A DNA stretch of 64,000 bases from Dehalococcoidia bacterium (lineage in GTDB: Bacteria > Chloroflexota > Dehalococcoidia > Bin125). This document shows, one piece after another, positions 20,365-29,281 of this stretch. The notes beneath the pieces were generated by a model that ran no database searches, was not told where the DNA came from, and saw only the letters and a list, made by a program, of their open reading frames with translations. Every line of letters begins with the position of its first letter. Positions within the stretch are counted from its first letter, which is position 1. The position numbers and the translations under genes were made by a program. Where the stretch lies: assembly GCA_963663895.2 (NCBI GenBank), contig CAXXRD010000002.1:640001-704000 (forward strand), read 5' to 3'.

Positions 20365-20522
20365 CCCTGCCCGTATGCCACGCTCTCTATACCGCAGATG
20401 CCCCGGCTGCTGTGGTCCGAACGGGGAAAAGTCACGATTTCTCGTAGACGGATTGTGTATTGAGGGGAAAATGTGCAGGTTTGGAGACGCGAGCAGAACG
20501 GGGGCAGGCTATCCGAACCCCG

Positions 20523-20618
20523 TTACTTCTTCGGCTTCCGTACGCCGCCGCCCTTCACGATCGCCTGCATCACCTGCTGGGGCGTCGCCTTGATGCGGAG
20601 GTCTTTGATCTTCGGCAT
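20523..20618 (-). CDS. 31-aa basic micro-ORF (IS passenger)
   Basis: Own translation MPKIKDLRIKATPQQVMQAIVKGGGVRKPKK*; GAGAG upstream; co-oriented with the other cargo. Confidence 0.45.
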   Translation of the reverse strand: MPKIKDLRIKATPQQVMQAIVKGGGVRKPKK

Positions 20619-20650
20619 GGCAACTCTCAGGTTACTACCAGAGGCGCGCG

Positions 20651-21049
20651 TCAGAAACAGTCAGCACCACGGAAGCGGACCGACCCAGTGAAAGGATCGA
20701 GCCGCACAGAGCAGGTGATGACCTGGTCATCACCATCGAAGAGGAATGATTCTTCCGCGCAGCGAGATGCTGGACGATCGCAGCGCACCGCCACGACGAA
20801 CTCAAAGATATCGTCGTCTGTCTCGCGGTAGCGCCAGGTCTCTTGCTGATCAGAGCAATCGGTCTCAGGGGACGCCAGAGTAACGTCCTCCTGGACGTTT
20901 TCGAGGACAAGCCCGACAGCAGCACGGCAGCCATCAGCGGCGGTGAAGTCATCGAAGAGGACAGAGTCACCACCACCGCAGGCCAAGACTGTGACGCTAC
21001 CTAGACAGGCGATCACCCCGAGCAGCGCTACTTTAATTCGCTGAGACAT
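20651..21049 (-). CDS. Cys-rich putative lipoprotein (IS passenger)
   Basis: Signal peptide ending VLA-C, six further Cys, acidic mature part. Confidence 0.65.
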   Translation of the reverse strand: MSQRIKVALLGVIACLGSVTVLACGGGDSVLFDDFTAADGCRAAVGLVLENVQEDVTLASPETDCSDQQETWRYRETDDDIFEFVVAVRCDRPASRCAEESFLFDGDDQVITCSVRLDPFTGSVRFRGADCF

Positions 21050-21108
21050 AGGTATCCCCTTACCGCGCGAGCGGGCGGCACACTACGGGATCACCTGTAG
21101 GCGGTCAA

Positions 21109-21131
21109 TGCTACTATTGTCTATAACTACC
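21109..21131 (-). repeat. Right terminal inverted repeat of the IS1595 element
   Basis: TGCTACTATTGTCTATAACTACC. Confidence 0.95.
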
Positions 21132-21139
21132 AATCCAAG

Positions 21140-21651
21140 AGCATCTCCGATGGTTCCGAAGCGGCCTCGAAGAGCGGGCAACTGCCAATCTTCATCCTTG
21201 GTACGAGCTTCAGCAGCCGCAGGAAGGAATCTACGAGGAATTCACTCTTCCCAAGATCATCTGGCCTGACATAGCTCGCGAGGCACGGTTCGCTTCCGAC
21301 ACTAGCGGAAGCTACCTCGGTAACACAGCTTACGCGATGCCCGCAGACAGGACTTGGTTGTTGTCAGTCATGAACACTGACTTGATCGAATTCATACTGT
21401 GTCAGATGACCAATTCACTACGTGGTGGCTTTATACGATTTATTTATCAATATATTATCCATACGCCTATTGTAGCTCCTGACACAGCCATCACGTACCA
21501 CCTTGAATCCATTGCCCAAGCAGGACAAGTTGGAGAGTCCGTGGATAACGACGAACTAAATAACGTCGTGTACGACCTTTATGGACTGTCCCACAGCGAT
21601 GTGACAGTCGTGAAGGATTGGTTCGAGCGGCGGAGCCTGGAGAAAGATTGA
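21140..21651 (+). pseudogene. 3' part of the interrupted methyltransferase (TaqI-like specificity domain)
   Basis: Rejoined reading ...YPAIQ|EHLRWF...WYELQQPQ...PKIIWPDI...GNTAY continues in frame into ORF 21337-21651. Confidence 0.9.
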
Positions 21652-21666
21652 CGGTACGGACCGAAC

Positions 21667-24600
21667 ATGGCTACTGAAACTACCGACATCCTCCCTATAG
21701 CCAACGAGTCCACCATCGGCTCCATGCGGGAGCATCTTGCCGGCGCCCTGGCCCGCGTCGGCCCCCGAGAGATCCGCATCGCGACCGCCTACCTAACTCC
21801 CGACGGCTTCCTCGAACTGAAGAGTGGGATGCAAGAGGCCGCGAGCGTGCGACTGCTGTTGGGCGAGCGGCCCTTCCTCAACCGCCGCGGGCCCGGGGAC
21901 ATCCTCGCCCGGCCCGGCGAACAGGACGAGCTTCACGGTCCGGCGGAGTCGGTGAACTGGTACACCTTCTTGGAGGGAGGCTACCCCTGGCTGCTGCTCA
22001 CCCACGAAGAGCGGCGGGATCTGCTGCAGAGCGGCATGACGCCAGATGCCAGCGCCTTCAACCTCTTGGCCTGGGAGCGGGTCACCGCCCTGGCCAGCTT
22101 CCTGCGCAGGGACAACGTGGAGATCAGGCGTTTCCTGGGGGCCGATGCGGGCAAGGTCCTGCCGGAGGAAGTGCTCGACTACCGCTCTCCCAGGAACCGG
22201 CTCCACGCCAAGGCCTATCTTTTCTCGGGCGAGACGAAACGCTATGCCGCCGTCGGCTCCAGCAACCTGACCAAAAGCGGGCTGTCCGAGAACTCGGAGC
22301 TCAATCTCGCCTCCTACGACCGCGAACTCGTCGCCCAACTCGAAGGCTGGTTCGACGACAAGTGGGAGCAGGGGCAGGACTGCAAGGCGCAGTTCATCCA
22401 GCGTCTGGAAGAGTGCGTGCTGTTCGGCCGGCGCTACACGCCCTGGCAGGTCATGCTCAAGTCCCTGCACGCCGCCTACGGCCGCTTCCTGGAGCTGGGC
22501 CTGTCCGAGGAGGTCATGGGCAGGCTGGCCGGCTTTCAGCAGCTGGCCGTGCAGAGCTGCGTTGTCCTCCTCAAGCGCCACTGGGGAGCCATGCTGTGCG
22601 ACTCGGTCGGCCTGGGCAAGACCTATGAGGGGTTGGGGGTTCTGCGGGAGTTCGCCAACCAGCGCGGCGAGGACCCGCAGCAGGCGAGCCGCCTTACGCG
22701 CGCCCTGATCGTCTGTCCCGCACAGCTTCGGGACAATTGGAACACGGACAAGCTGGCGGATTGGGGAATCAGCGCCAGCACCGTCACCATGGAATCACTG
22801 CCCAGCCTGACGGACATCGAGAGCGAGCCCGCGCCGCTTCAACGGCAGCGGCTCCGAACCACGCTGAAACGCTACCAGCATCAATACGACATCATCCTGG
22901 TCGACGAATCCCACAACTTCCGCAATCCCCGTACCAAGCGCTACCGCGCGCTCATGGAGATCATCCGCGGCGGCAAGCCCGATAAGCGTGTGCTCCTAAT
23001 GACCGCCACGCCGATCAACAACTCGATCTGGGACCTCTACCACCAGCTCATGCTCATCACCAGAGGCGACGACACCTGGTACGCGGGGCGCGGGCCGGTA
23101 CCCAACCTGAAAACGGCCTTCCAGGCCATTGAGCAGGGCGAGTCCGGCGCCGGCCTGCTGGACGCGATGATGCTTTCCTTGGTGCGCCGAACCCGCCACG
23201 ACATCCGCGCAATGCAGGAGGCGGGGGAGGAGATGGAGGTCGACGGCCAACCGCTGCGCTTCCCGGAGCATGAGATACCGAAGGCGGTGGACTACAGCCT
23301 GCAGGGACTGTACGGCAACATCTACCTCGACATCATCGACGCCATCGAGCATCTCAAATTCGCGGTCTATCGCCTTGACGAGTACGGAGTAGCGACCGGA
23401 GAAGGGGAGACGAGCGCGCGGCTGAGACAGCGCAACGCCAACTTCGTCGGCATCATGCGCACCATCCTGCTAAAGCGCATGGAAAGCTCCCTGGCGGCGA
23501 TCACCTCCACGGTGCAGAGCTTGGTGGACTACCTCAACCTGTTCCTGTCCCGGCTGGAGCAGGGCTACGTGCTCACCCCCAAGCAGGCCTACAAGCTGCG
23601 CGCCGTCTTGGGAGGTTCGCTGCCGGACCACGACCAGGATCTGGATGATCTGGACTTCGGGTCTGTGGCGGCGCTGCGGCAACAGATCGAAGCGCCGGAA
23701 GATCCAGACCGCAAGGCCAACTTGCAAGCGGACGTGGAGTCAGACCGCGACCGGCTCCAAATGCTTCTCACCCGGCTCAAGTGGCTGGAAAAGATGCTGG
23801 CCGAGCAAGGCGACCCCAAGGCCCAGGCCGTACGCCAACTGCTCGAAACGCTCCCCAAAGAGGACGCCCGTGGAAACCCCACCAAGGTGGCCTTGTTCAC
23901 CACCTACAAGGACACCGCCCAGCACCTGTTCCGGCTGCTCGGAGGAGACACGGAAACCCTGGAAGAAGACTACCGCGTGCTCAGCAACCTGAAGGACGAA
24001 CGCTGGATGTCGCTGCTTACGGGCGACGACAACCAGAATCGCAGACGCGCCATTTTGGAGCGCTTCGCGCCCCTCGCAACGCACCGCGAGACCGAACCGC
24101 TGGATGATCCGGCCTTGCTGAAAAAGATCGAGCCGTTGCGGGCCCAGAGCATCGAACTGCTGATAGCGACAGACGTGCTCTCGGAAGGCCAGAATCTCCA
24201 GGACGCCCAGTTCCTCATCAACTACGACCTGCCCTGGAATCCAGTGCGCCTGATCCAGCGCGCCGGGCGTATCGACCGCCTGCTTTCCCCTCACGACAAG
24301 GTGTACATCTACAACCTGATGCCCGAAGACGGCTTGGAAGACTTACTTAGCCTCGTCCAGAACCTCTCGAAGAAGATCGAAGCGATAGATGATGCGGTGG
24401 CGCTGGACGCTTCGGTACTCGGCGAACAGATAGAGGCGCGGGAACTGGACAAAATCATGAAGCTGCGCGCCGGCGGCGCCCAAGCCGAACAGGTCTACCG
24501 CGAGGAAGAGCGGGACCAGGGGCTGGACGAAGGTACGGAGTTGCTCAACAAGTACTTCGATCTAATGAAGGAATTCGCCACCGAGGACATCCGCGACATC

Positions 24601-25251
24601 CCCAACGGCGTCTACAGCGTGAAAAGTGGGGAGGCAACCGGCGTGTACGTCATGCTGAAGATGCCCGAGGAAGCATCCGGCGAAGTGTTCTGGAGATTCT
24701 ATCCTTCGGGCAACGTGGCCCAGCCGGTCACGTCACCCAACGATGTGCTCTCAATCGTGGAGGCCAGTAGAAAAGAGAATCGGTACAAAATCCCTGAGGA
24801 CGAAAATCCCTTCAAGTACCTAAAGGACCCGCTACAAGCCGCAGTGGACCAGATCGGCAGCGCGTACTTGGACGCCATCGCTGCGGTGACGCCTGACAAC
24901 TTCACCAGAAAGATTAGGCAGTTCCTCAATCGCGACGACTTGTTGGAGTCGGACCGGGAATTGTTTGATTTCTTCAGCGGGTGGGTGGAGCTGCCCCTGC
25001 CCTCGGATGCGATCAAGCGCGTGGGGATGCAGGACCCGGTAAGGATCGTGAACCAGCTCGCGCCTAACCGCGCGCCGCTCGACCAAGTGATCCCGGCCCT
25101 GACTGCGCTCAGGGAAGCCATCCAAGCCGAGGGGCTCGACCGTCCGCTCACACGGCCGGACACGAAACAGCCATCGGCCGAGGACTTGGAGTTGGTGGCG
25201 TGGGAACTCATAGTCGGTCCGGAAGGGCTCTCACAACCTACTAACAAGTAG
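21667..25251 (+). CDS. PLD-nuclease + SNF2-like helicase fusion
   Basis: HAK...GSSNL PLD motif; DSVGLGKT, DESH, TATP, SEGQNLQ, QRAGRIDR helicase motifs. Confidence 0.9.
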   Translation: MATETTDILPIANESTIGSMREHLAGALARVGPREIRIATAYLTPDGFLELKSGMQEAASVRLLLGERPFLNRRGPGDILARPGEQDELHGPAESVNWYTFLEGGYPWLLLTHEERRDLLQSGMTPDASAFNLLAWERVTALASFLRRDNVEIRRFLGADAGKVLPEEVLDYRSPRNRLHAKAYLFSGETKRYAAVGSSNLTKSGLSENSELNLASYDRELVAQLEGWFDDKWEQGQDCKAQFIQRLEECVLFGRRYTPWQVMLKSLHAAYGRFLELGLSEEVMGRLAGFQQLAVQSCVVLLKRHWGAMLCDSVGLGKTYEGLGVLREFANQRGEDPQQASRLTRALIVCPAQLRDNWNTDKLADWGISASTVTMESLPSLTDIESEPAPLQRQRLRTTLKRYQHQYDIILVDESHNFRNPRTKRYRALMEIIRGGKPDKRVLLMTATPINNSIWDLYHQLMLITRGDDTWYAGRGPVPNLKTAFQAIEQGESGAGLLDAMMLSLVRRTRHDIRAMQEAGEEMEVDGQPLRFPEHEIPKAVDYSLQGLYGNIYLDIIDAIEHLKFAVYRLDEYGVATGEGETSARLRQRNANFVGIMRTILLKRMESSLAAITSTVQSLVDYLNLFLSRLEQGYVLTPKQAYKLRAVLGGSLPDHDQDLDDLDFGSVAALRQQIEAPEDPDRKANLQADVESDRDRLQMLLTRLKWLEKMLAEQGDPKAQAVRQLLETLPKEDARGNPTKVALFTTYKDTAQHLFRLLGGDTETLEEDYRVLSNLKDERWMSLLTGDDNQNRRRAILERFAPLATHRETEPLDDPALLKKIEPLRAQSIELLIATDVLSEGQNLQDAQFLINYDLPWNPVRLIQRAGRIDRLLSPHDKVYIYNLMPEDGLEDLLSLVQNLSKKIEAIDDAVALDASVLGEQIEARELDKIMKLRAGGAQAEQVYREEERDQGLDEGTELLNKYFDLMKEFATEDIRDIPNGVYSVKSGEATGVYVMLKMPEEASGEVFWRFYPSGNVAQPVTSPNDVLSIVEASRKENRYKIPEDENPFKYLKDPLQAAVDQIGSAYLDAIAAVTPDNFTRKIRQFLNRDDLLESDRELFDFFSGWVELPLPSDAIKRVGMQDPVRIVNQLAPNRAPLDQVIPALTALREAIQAEGLDRPLTRPDTKQPSAEDLELVAWELIVGPEGLSQPTNK

Positions 25252-25285
25252 GGGCTCTTCCATGAGGCTGCCGCACAGCAAAGAG

Positions 25286-25383
25286 TGGCGGGAGCGCATG
25301 GGAGTCGAACCCACCCAGGACGACGCGGGCCGCCCCGCAACGGTTTTGAAGACCGCGAGGGCCACCGGGCCCCCTCCGCTCCC
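25286..25383 (-). tRNA. selC: tRNA-Sec (UCA)
   Basis: 98 nt; CT-TCA-AA anticodon loop, 6-bp D stem with 4-nt loop, 9-bp variable arm, TTCGACT T loop, G discriminator + CCA. Confidence 0.95.
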
Positions 25384-25509
25384 GTGAGGCGACAGTATCG
25401 CACGCGGCGATCGCGCTGAGGAGCGAAAAGCGCCGAGAAGGACCGGCGCAGCACAGCGCCGCGCGCTGCTGGGGCAAGAGTCTCAGCGGGGCCTCAGCCC
25501 CGGCATGAG

Positions 25510-25836
25510 TTAGACGAGGGCGTCGTCCAGCCGCTTCTTGAGGTCGCCCTTGGGGCGGAAGCCGACGATCTGGCCGACCTGCTCGCCGCCCTTGAAGACG
25601 AGGAGCGTGGGGATGCTGCGGATGCCGAACTGGGTGGCGACGCGGGGGTTCTCGTCGGTGTTGAGCTTGTAGAAGGCGACTTGGCCGTCGTACTCCTCCG
25701 CCAGCTCCTCCACCACGGGCGCCACCATGCGGCAGGGGCCGCACCAGGGCGCCCAGAAGTCCACGAGCGATGGCTTCTCGTTCTCCAGCACTTCCTGCTG
25801 AAAGGTGTCGTCGGTGATCTCCGTCGGCTTGGGCAA
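25510..25836 (-). CDS. trxA: Thioredoxin
   Basis: [14 protein letters not shown]. Confidence 0.95.
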   Translation of the reverse strand: MPKPTEITDDTFQQEVLENEKPSLVDFWAPWCGPCRMVAPVVEELAEEYDGQVAFYKLNTDENPRVATQFGIRSIPTLLVFKGGEQVGQIVGFRPKGDLKKRLDDALV

Positions 25837-25957
25837 GGCGCACCCCTCTCTCCGAAATGGCCTGTGTACGTCTCGCTCTCTGTCCCTCAGTCTAGGCAGG
25901 CCGGCGCGATCCGTCTGTCGCCTCCGACCGCCCGCCGCCGGCGCCCTGTAGCGCCGG

Positions 25958-27052
25958 TTACGAGGTCCGCTTCAGCTCCTGCTGCTCGAGCCCCGGCTCC
26001 AGCGCGGGCTCGCCCCGCTCCGCCGCGGGGTTGGGCCGCAATTGGGAACGGTGGGCCGGCAGGGAGCGGGCCTCGCCGAAGGCGGCGCGTATGGCCTCCA
26101 CCAGGCCGGACTCGGCCAGGGTGCGGGCCGTGCGGATGCCGCTGGCCACGGCCTCGGCGTCGGCGCGGCCGTGGCCGATGAGCACGGCGCCATCGACCCC
26201 GAAGAGGGGGGCGCCGCCGATGCGCTGGTAGTTAAGCCGCGCCTTGAGCCCGTCGAAGGCGCCGCGCGCGACCCAGGCCCCCAGCTTGTAGTGGGGGCGG
26301 CTCATGAGGGACTCGCGGATCTCGCCGGCCAGCATGGCGGCGATCGCCTCCGCCACCTTGATGGCGACGTTGCCGGTGAAGCCGTCCGTGACCACGATGT
26401 CGGCGCCGCCGCCGACCAGCTCCTTGCCCTCCACGTTGCCGATGAAGTGGGTCTCCAGCTCCGAGAGCAGCTCGTGGGCGCGCTGGGCGCGCTGGTTGCC
26501 CTTGGCCCGCTCCTCGCCCACGTTGAGCAGCCCAACGCTGGGGTTGCCGTGGTGCAGCACGCGCTGGAAGTAGGCGCGGCCCATGGTGGCGAACTGGACG
26601 TAGTACTCGGGACGGCAATCGACGTTGACGCCCACGTCCAGCAGCAAGGTGCGCGAGCCGCGGGCGTTGCGGAAGATGGTGCCCAGGGCGGGCCGGTCGA
26701 CGCCGGCGATGCGGCCGAGCTGGCGCAGGCTGGCGGCCACGATGGCGCCGGTGTTGCCGAAGGAGACGAAGGCGTCGGCCTCGCCGCGCTGCACGCATGC
26801 CAGGCCCACCATGATCGAGGAATGGGGCTTGCTGCGGATGGTGGCCGAGGCGGATTCGTCCATCGCCACGGCGTCGGGGGCGTCCACGAAGCGCAGGTTG
26901 GCGGGAACGGTGGGAAGAAGGGGGCGCAGCTCGTCGCGGCGGCCGACCAGCAGGATCCGCAGGGCCGGATCGCGGGCGGCGCTCAGCGCCCCCTGCACGA
27001 CGGCCGCCGGGGCGTTGTCGCCGCCCATCGCGTCGACCGCAATGGTGGTCAT
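25958..27052 (-). CDS. plsX: Phosphate acyltransferase PlsX
   Basis: [25 protein letters not shown]. Confidence 0.93.
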   Translation of the reverse strand: MTTIAVDAMGGDNAPAAVVQGALSAARDPALRILLVGRRDELRPLLPTVPANLRFVDAPDAVAMDESASATIRSKPHSSIMVGLACVQRGEADAFVSFGNTGAIVAASLRQLGRIAGVDRPALGTIFRNARGSRTLLLDVGVNVDCRPEYYVQFATMGRAYFQRVLHHGNPSVGLLNVGEERAKGNQRAQRAHELLSELETHFIGNVEGKELVGGGADIVVTDGFTGNVAIKVAEAIAAMLAGEIRESLMSRPHYKLGAWVARGAFDGLKARLNYQRIGGAPLFGVDGAVLIGHGRADAEAVASGIRTARTLAESGLVEAIRAAFGEARSLPAHRSQLRPNPAAERGEPALEPGLEQQELKRTS

Positions 27053-27080
27053 GGACGCTCCGTTCTCCCGCCGCGCGCGG

Positions 27081-28382
27081 CTAGGGCGCCGATCCGTCGT
27101 CGCTGGTGCAGCGGAACGCGTCGAGCGTGGGCTGCACCATGGCGCGCACATCGTCGCGGCTGAGGGATTGTAGGACGAACGATCGGCCGCTGTCTTGGCA
27201 GTACCAGGCGTAGAGGCCCACCTGAGCGGTGAGTCCCCCCTGGAGCACCGCGTCGAAGACGGCGAAGCGGCCGCTGGCGTCCCGCAGCCGCAGATCGGCG
27301 CGCTCCAGCTCGCGGGCCTCGACGGCGGAGTTGACCAGCCCCTCTTCCAGCATCCCGATCGCCTCGTCCGGGTCGAAGAACTCCTCGCCGATCGTCTCCC
27401 AGCGCAGGAGCATCTCCAAGAGGCCGTCCAGGGCGCGCTGCTCGAAGAGGCCGATGTCGAAGGTCGGGAGCGGCGTGCCCAGTTCGGTCGTGACGGAGCG
27501 GTGGTCGTAGAGGAAGACGAAGCCGAAGCGCGTATACCGGCCCGGAAGGCTGGGCGGGTTGGGGCTGGCGATGAAGGAATCGAGGGCGGCCTGGAGGTCG
27601 GCCTCGACGGCGGGCAGCTCTTCGGCGGAGGCGCCGGTCTCGATGAAGTAGGCCAGCGGGCCGACCCGCACGAGCAGCGAGCGGATCTGCAAGAGGTCGC
27701 CGCCGAGGGCGCGCCGGTCGACTTCCCACGCGATCAGGCGCGCCGGCGTCTGGCCGTCCGAGGGAAGGGCCGCGTCCTCGCGGCTGAGAACATTGAAACC
27801 CGGGGCGGCGCCGCGCTGCCGATCCCATTCCGCTTCCAGCGCGGGCAGCCCCGCCTCAAGGCCCAGCAGCAGCGGGTTCAGGACGGAGATATCGATGAAG
27901 GCGCGGCCGCTGTCGGAGACGAACAGGATGCGGTCGAGACCGGTGGTATCGACGCTGCAGAAGGCGCCGCAGACGAGATCGAGGCTGAAGCGGTAGGCGT
28001 CGTTGAGATAGCGGCGGATGACGTTGTCGGCGAGATCGATCTCGTCGAAGCTGCCAAGGTCATCGAGCTCGCCGGGCGGACTGGAGTCGGACGGGGGAGG
28101 AGAATCGGACGGCGCCGGAACGGGAGCGGCCTCCTCTGCGCCGCTATCGTCCTCCTCCGCGGCAGCATCCTCCTCGCCGGCAGCGGCCGCATCGCCGGCG
28201 GGCGGCGTCTCGCTGTCGGGCGGCGCGGTGCGGATGAACTCGTCCGCTTCGACCGTCTCGTTGGGGTTGCCGCCGCAGGCCGCCAGGGTCACGACGCCGG
28301 CGAGCGCCAGCAGCGCGAGCCATCCCGCCAGCCGCGGGAAGCAGCGAATGCCGCGCGGCCGGCCGGCGCACCTGTCGTTCAT
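27081..28382 (-). CDS. Hypothetical acidic lipoprotein
   Basis: Signal peptide with LAAC lipobox, acidic/Pro linker, globular C-terminal region. Confidence 0.65.
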   Translation of the reverse strand: MNDRCAGRPRGIRCFPRLAGWLALLALAGVVTLAACGGNPNETVEADEFIRTAPPDSETPPAGDAAAAGEEDAAAEEDDSGAEEAAPVPAPSDSPPPSDSSPPGELDDLGSFDEIDLADNVIRRYLNDAYRFSLDLVCGAFCSVDTTGLDRILFVSDSGRAFIDISVLNPLLLGLEAGLPALEAEWDRQRGAAPGFNVLSREDAALPSDGQTPARLIAWEVDRRALGGDLLQIRSLLVRVGPLAYFIETGASAEELPAVEADLQAALDSFIASPNPPSLPGRYTRFGFVFLYDHRSVTTELGTPLPTFDIGLFEQRALDGLLEMLLRWETIGEEFFDPDEAIGMLEEGLVNSAVEARELERADLRLRDASGRFAVFDAVLQGGLTAQVGLYAWYCQDSGRSFVLQSLSRDDVRAMVQPTLDAFRCTSDDGSAP

Positions 28383-28485
28383 CCCATCATCTTATCGCCC
28401 TCCTCCGCAAGCGGCCCGGCGCAAATTGACGGGCCGGATCAGCGTCCATAGCCTGTTGCGGGCCTGTGGTCGGCCCGGGGCGAGG

Positions 28486-29016
28486 ATGCACGACGAACTC
28501 AGGGTCTTGATCCGCGACGTACCGGACTTTCCCCAGCCGGGGATCCTGTTCCGCGACATCACGCCGTTGCTCGCGGACGCGGCCGCGCTGCGCACGGTGC
28601 TGGATTGGCTGGCCGCGACCTACCGCGAGGCGCGGCTGGACGCGGTGGTCGGCATCGAGTCGCGCGGGTTCATCTTCGGGGCGCCGCTGGCGGAGCGGCT
28701 GGGGATCGGCTTCGTGCCCGTGCGGAAGCCGGGCAAGCTCCCGGCCCAACGGCACGTTGAAGAGTACGCCCTGGAGTACGGGACGAGCGCCCTGGAGATC
28801 CACCAGGACGCGCTGCGATCCGGCCAGCGCGTCGTGATCGTCGACGATCTGCTCGCCACGGGCGGCACGGCCTCGGCGGCCTGCAAGCTGGTGGAGCTGA
28901 CGGGGGCCGAGGTCCACGCGCTGGCCTTCCTGATCGAGCTGGGCGCGCTCCAGGGCCGGGCGCGGCTGCGGCACTATCACCTGGACGTGCTCCTGCGATA
29001 CGACGAGGACGCTTAG
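28486..29016 (+). CDS. apt: Adenine phosphoribosyltransferase
   Basis: PDFPQPGILFRDI, YALEYG, VDDLLATGGT. Confidence 0.95.
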   Translation: MHDELRVLIRDVPDFPQPGILFRDITPLLADAAALRTVLDWLAATYREARLDAVVGIESRGFIFGAPLAERLGIGFVPVRKPGKLPAQRHVEEYALEYGTSALEIHQDALRSGQRVVIVDDLLATGGTASAACKLVELTGAEVHALAFLIELGALQGRARLRHYHLDVLLRYDEDA

Positions 29017-29048
29017 CAGCCTCCCGGCCGGCGGCGGGGCGGGGCCGC

Positions 29049-29077
29049 TTGACGGCTGCCGGAAGCGGCCATACGGT
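29049..29077 (+). promoter_or_regulatory. sigma70-type promoter upstream of the SAM riboswitch
   Basis: TTGACG-17 bp-TACGGT. Confidence 0.55.
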
Positions 29078-29097
29078 CGCAGCACCGATCGATCGCG

Positions 29098-29209
29098 GCT
29101 TTCATCGCGAGTGGTGGAGGGATCTCCGGCCTAACGAAGCCCGGCAACCGGCCGGCCGCCGACCGGCACGGTGCCAAGTCCGGCAGACTCGACGTCTGAG
29201 GATGAAAGC
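29098..29209 (+). ncRNA. SAM-I (S-box) riboswitch
   Basis: P1 GCTTTCATC/GATGAAAGC; GGTGGAGGGA, GAAGCCCGGCAACC, GGTGCCAA, GCAG...CTG consensus elements; leads methionine-cycle genes. Confidence 0.9.
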
Positions 29210-29281
29210 GGTGCGCGGGCATTCCCAGCCACCGCGGAGTGCCTGAATTCATTGCCAACCGAGGAGATCTCCGGAGAGGGA

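Larger units (their letters stand above)
18560..21131 (+). mobile_element. IS1595-family element with passenger genes (2,572 bp)
   Basis: Perfect 23-bp TIRs GGTAGTTATAGACAATAGTAGCA (18560-18582 / 21109-21131); 8-bp target duplication AATCCAAG (18552-18559 / 21132-21139). Confidence 0.95.
15619..25251 (+). other. Defence island (RM-like methyltransferase + PLD/SNF2 helicase) adjacent to the 3' end of tRNA-Sec
   Basis: Defence-type genes with visibly lower GC than the flanks; ends 34 bp from the tRNA CCA; exact boundaries not defined. Confidence 0.7.

Noticed and set aside
21337-21651. Independent 104-aa gene
   Set aside because: It is the in-frame tail of the IS-interrupted methyltransferase
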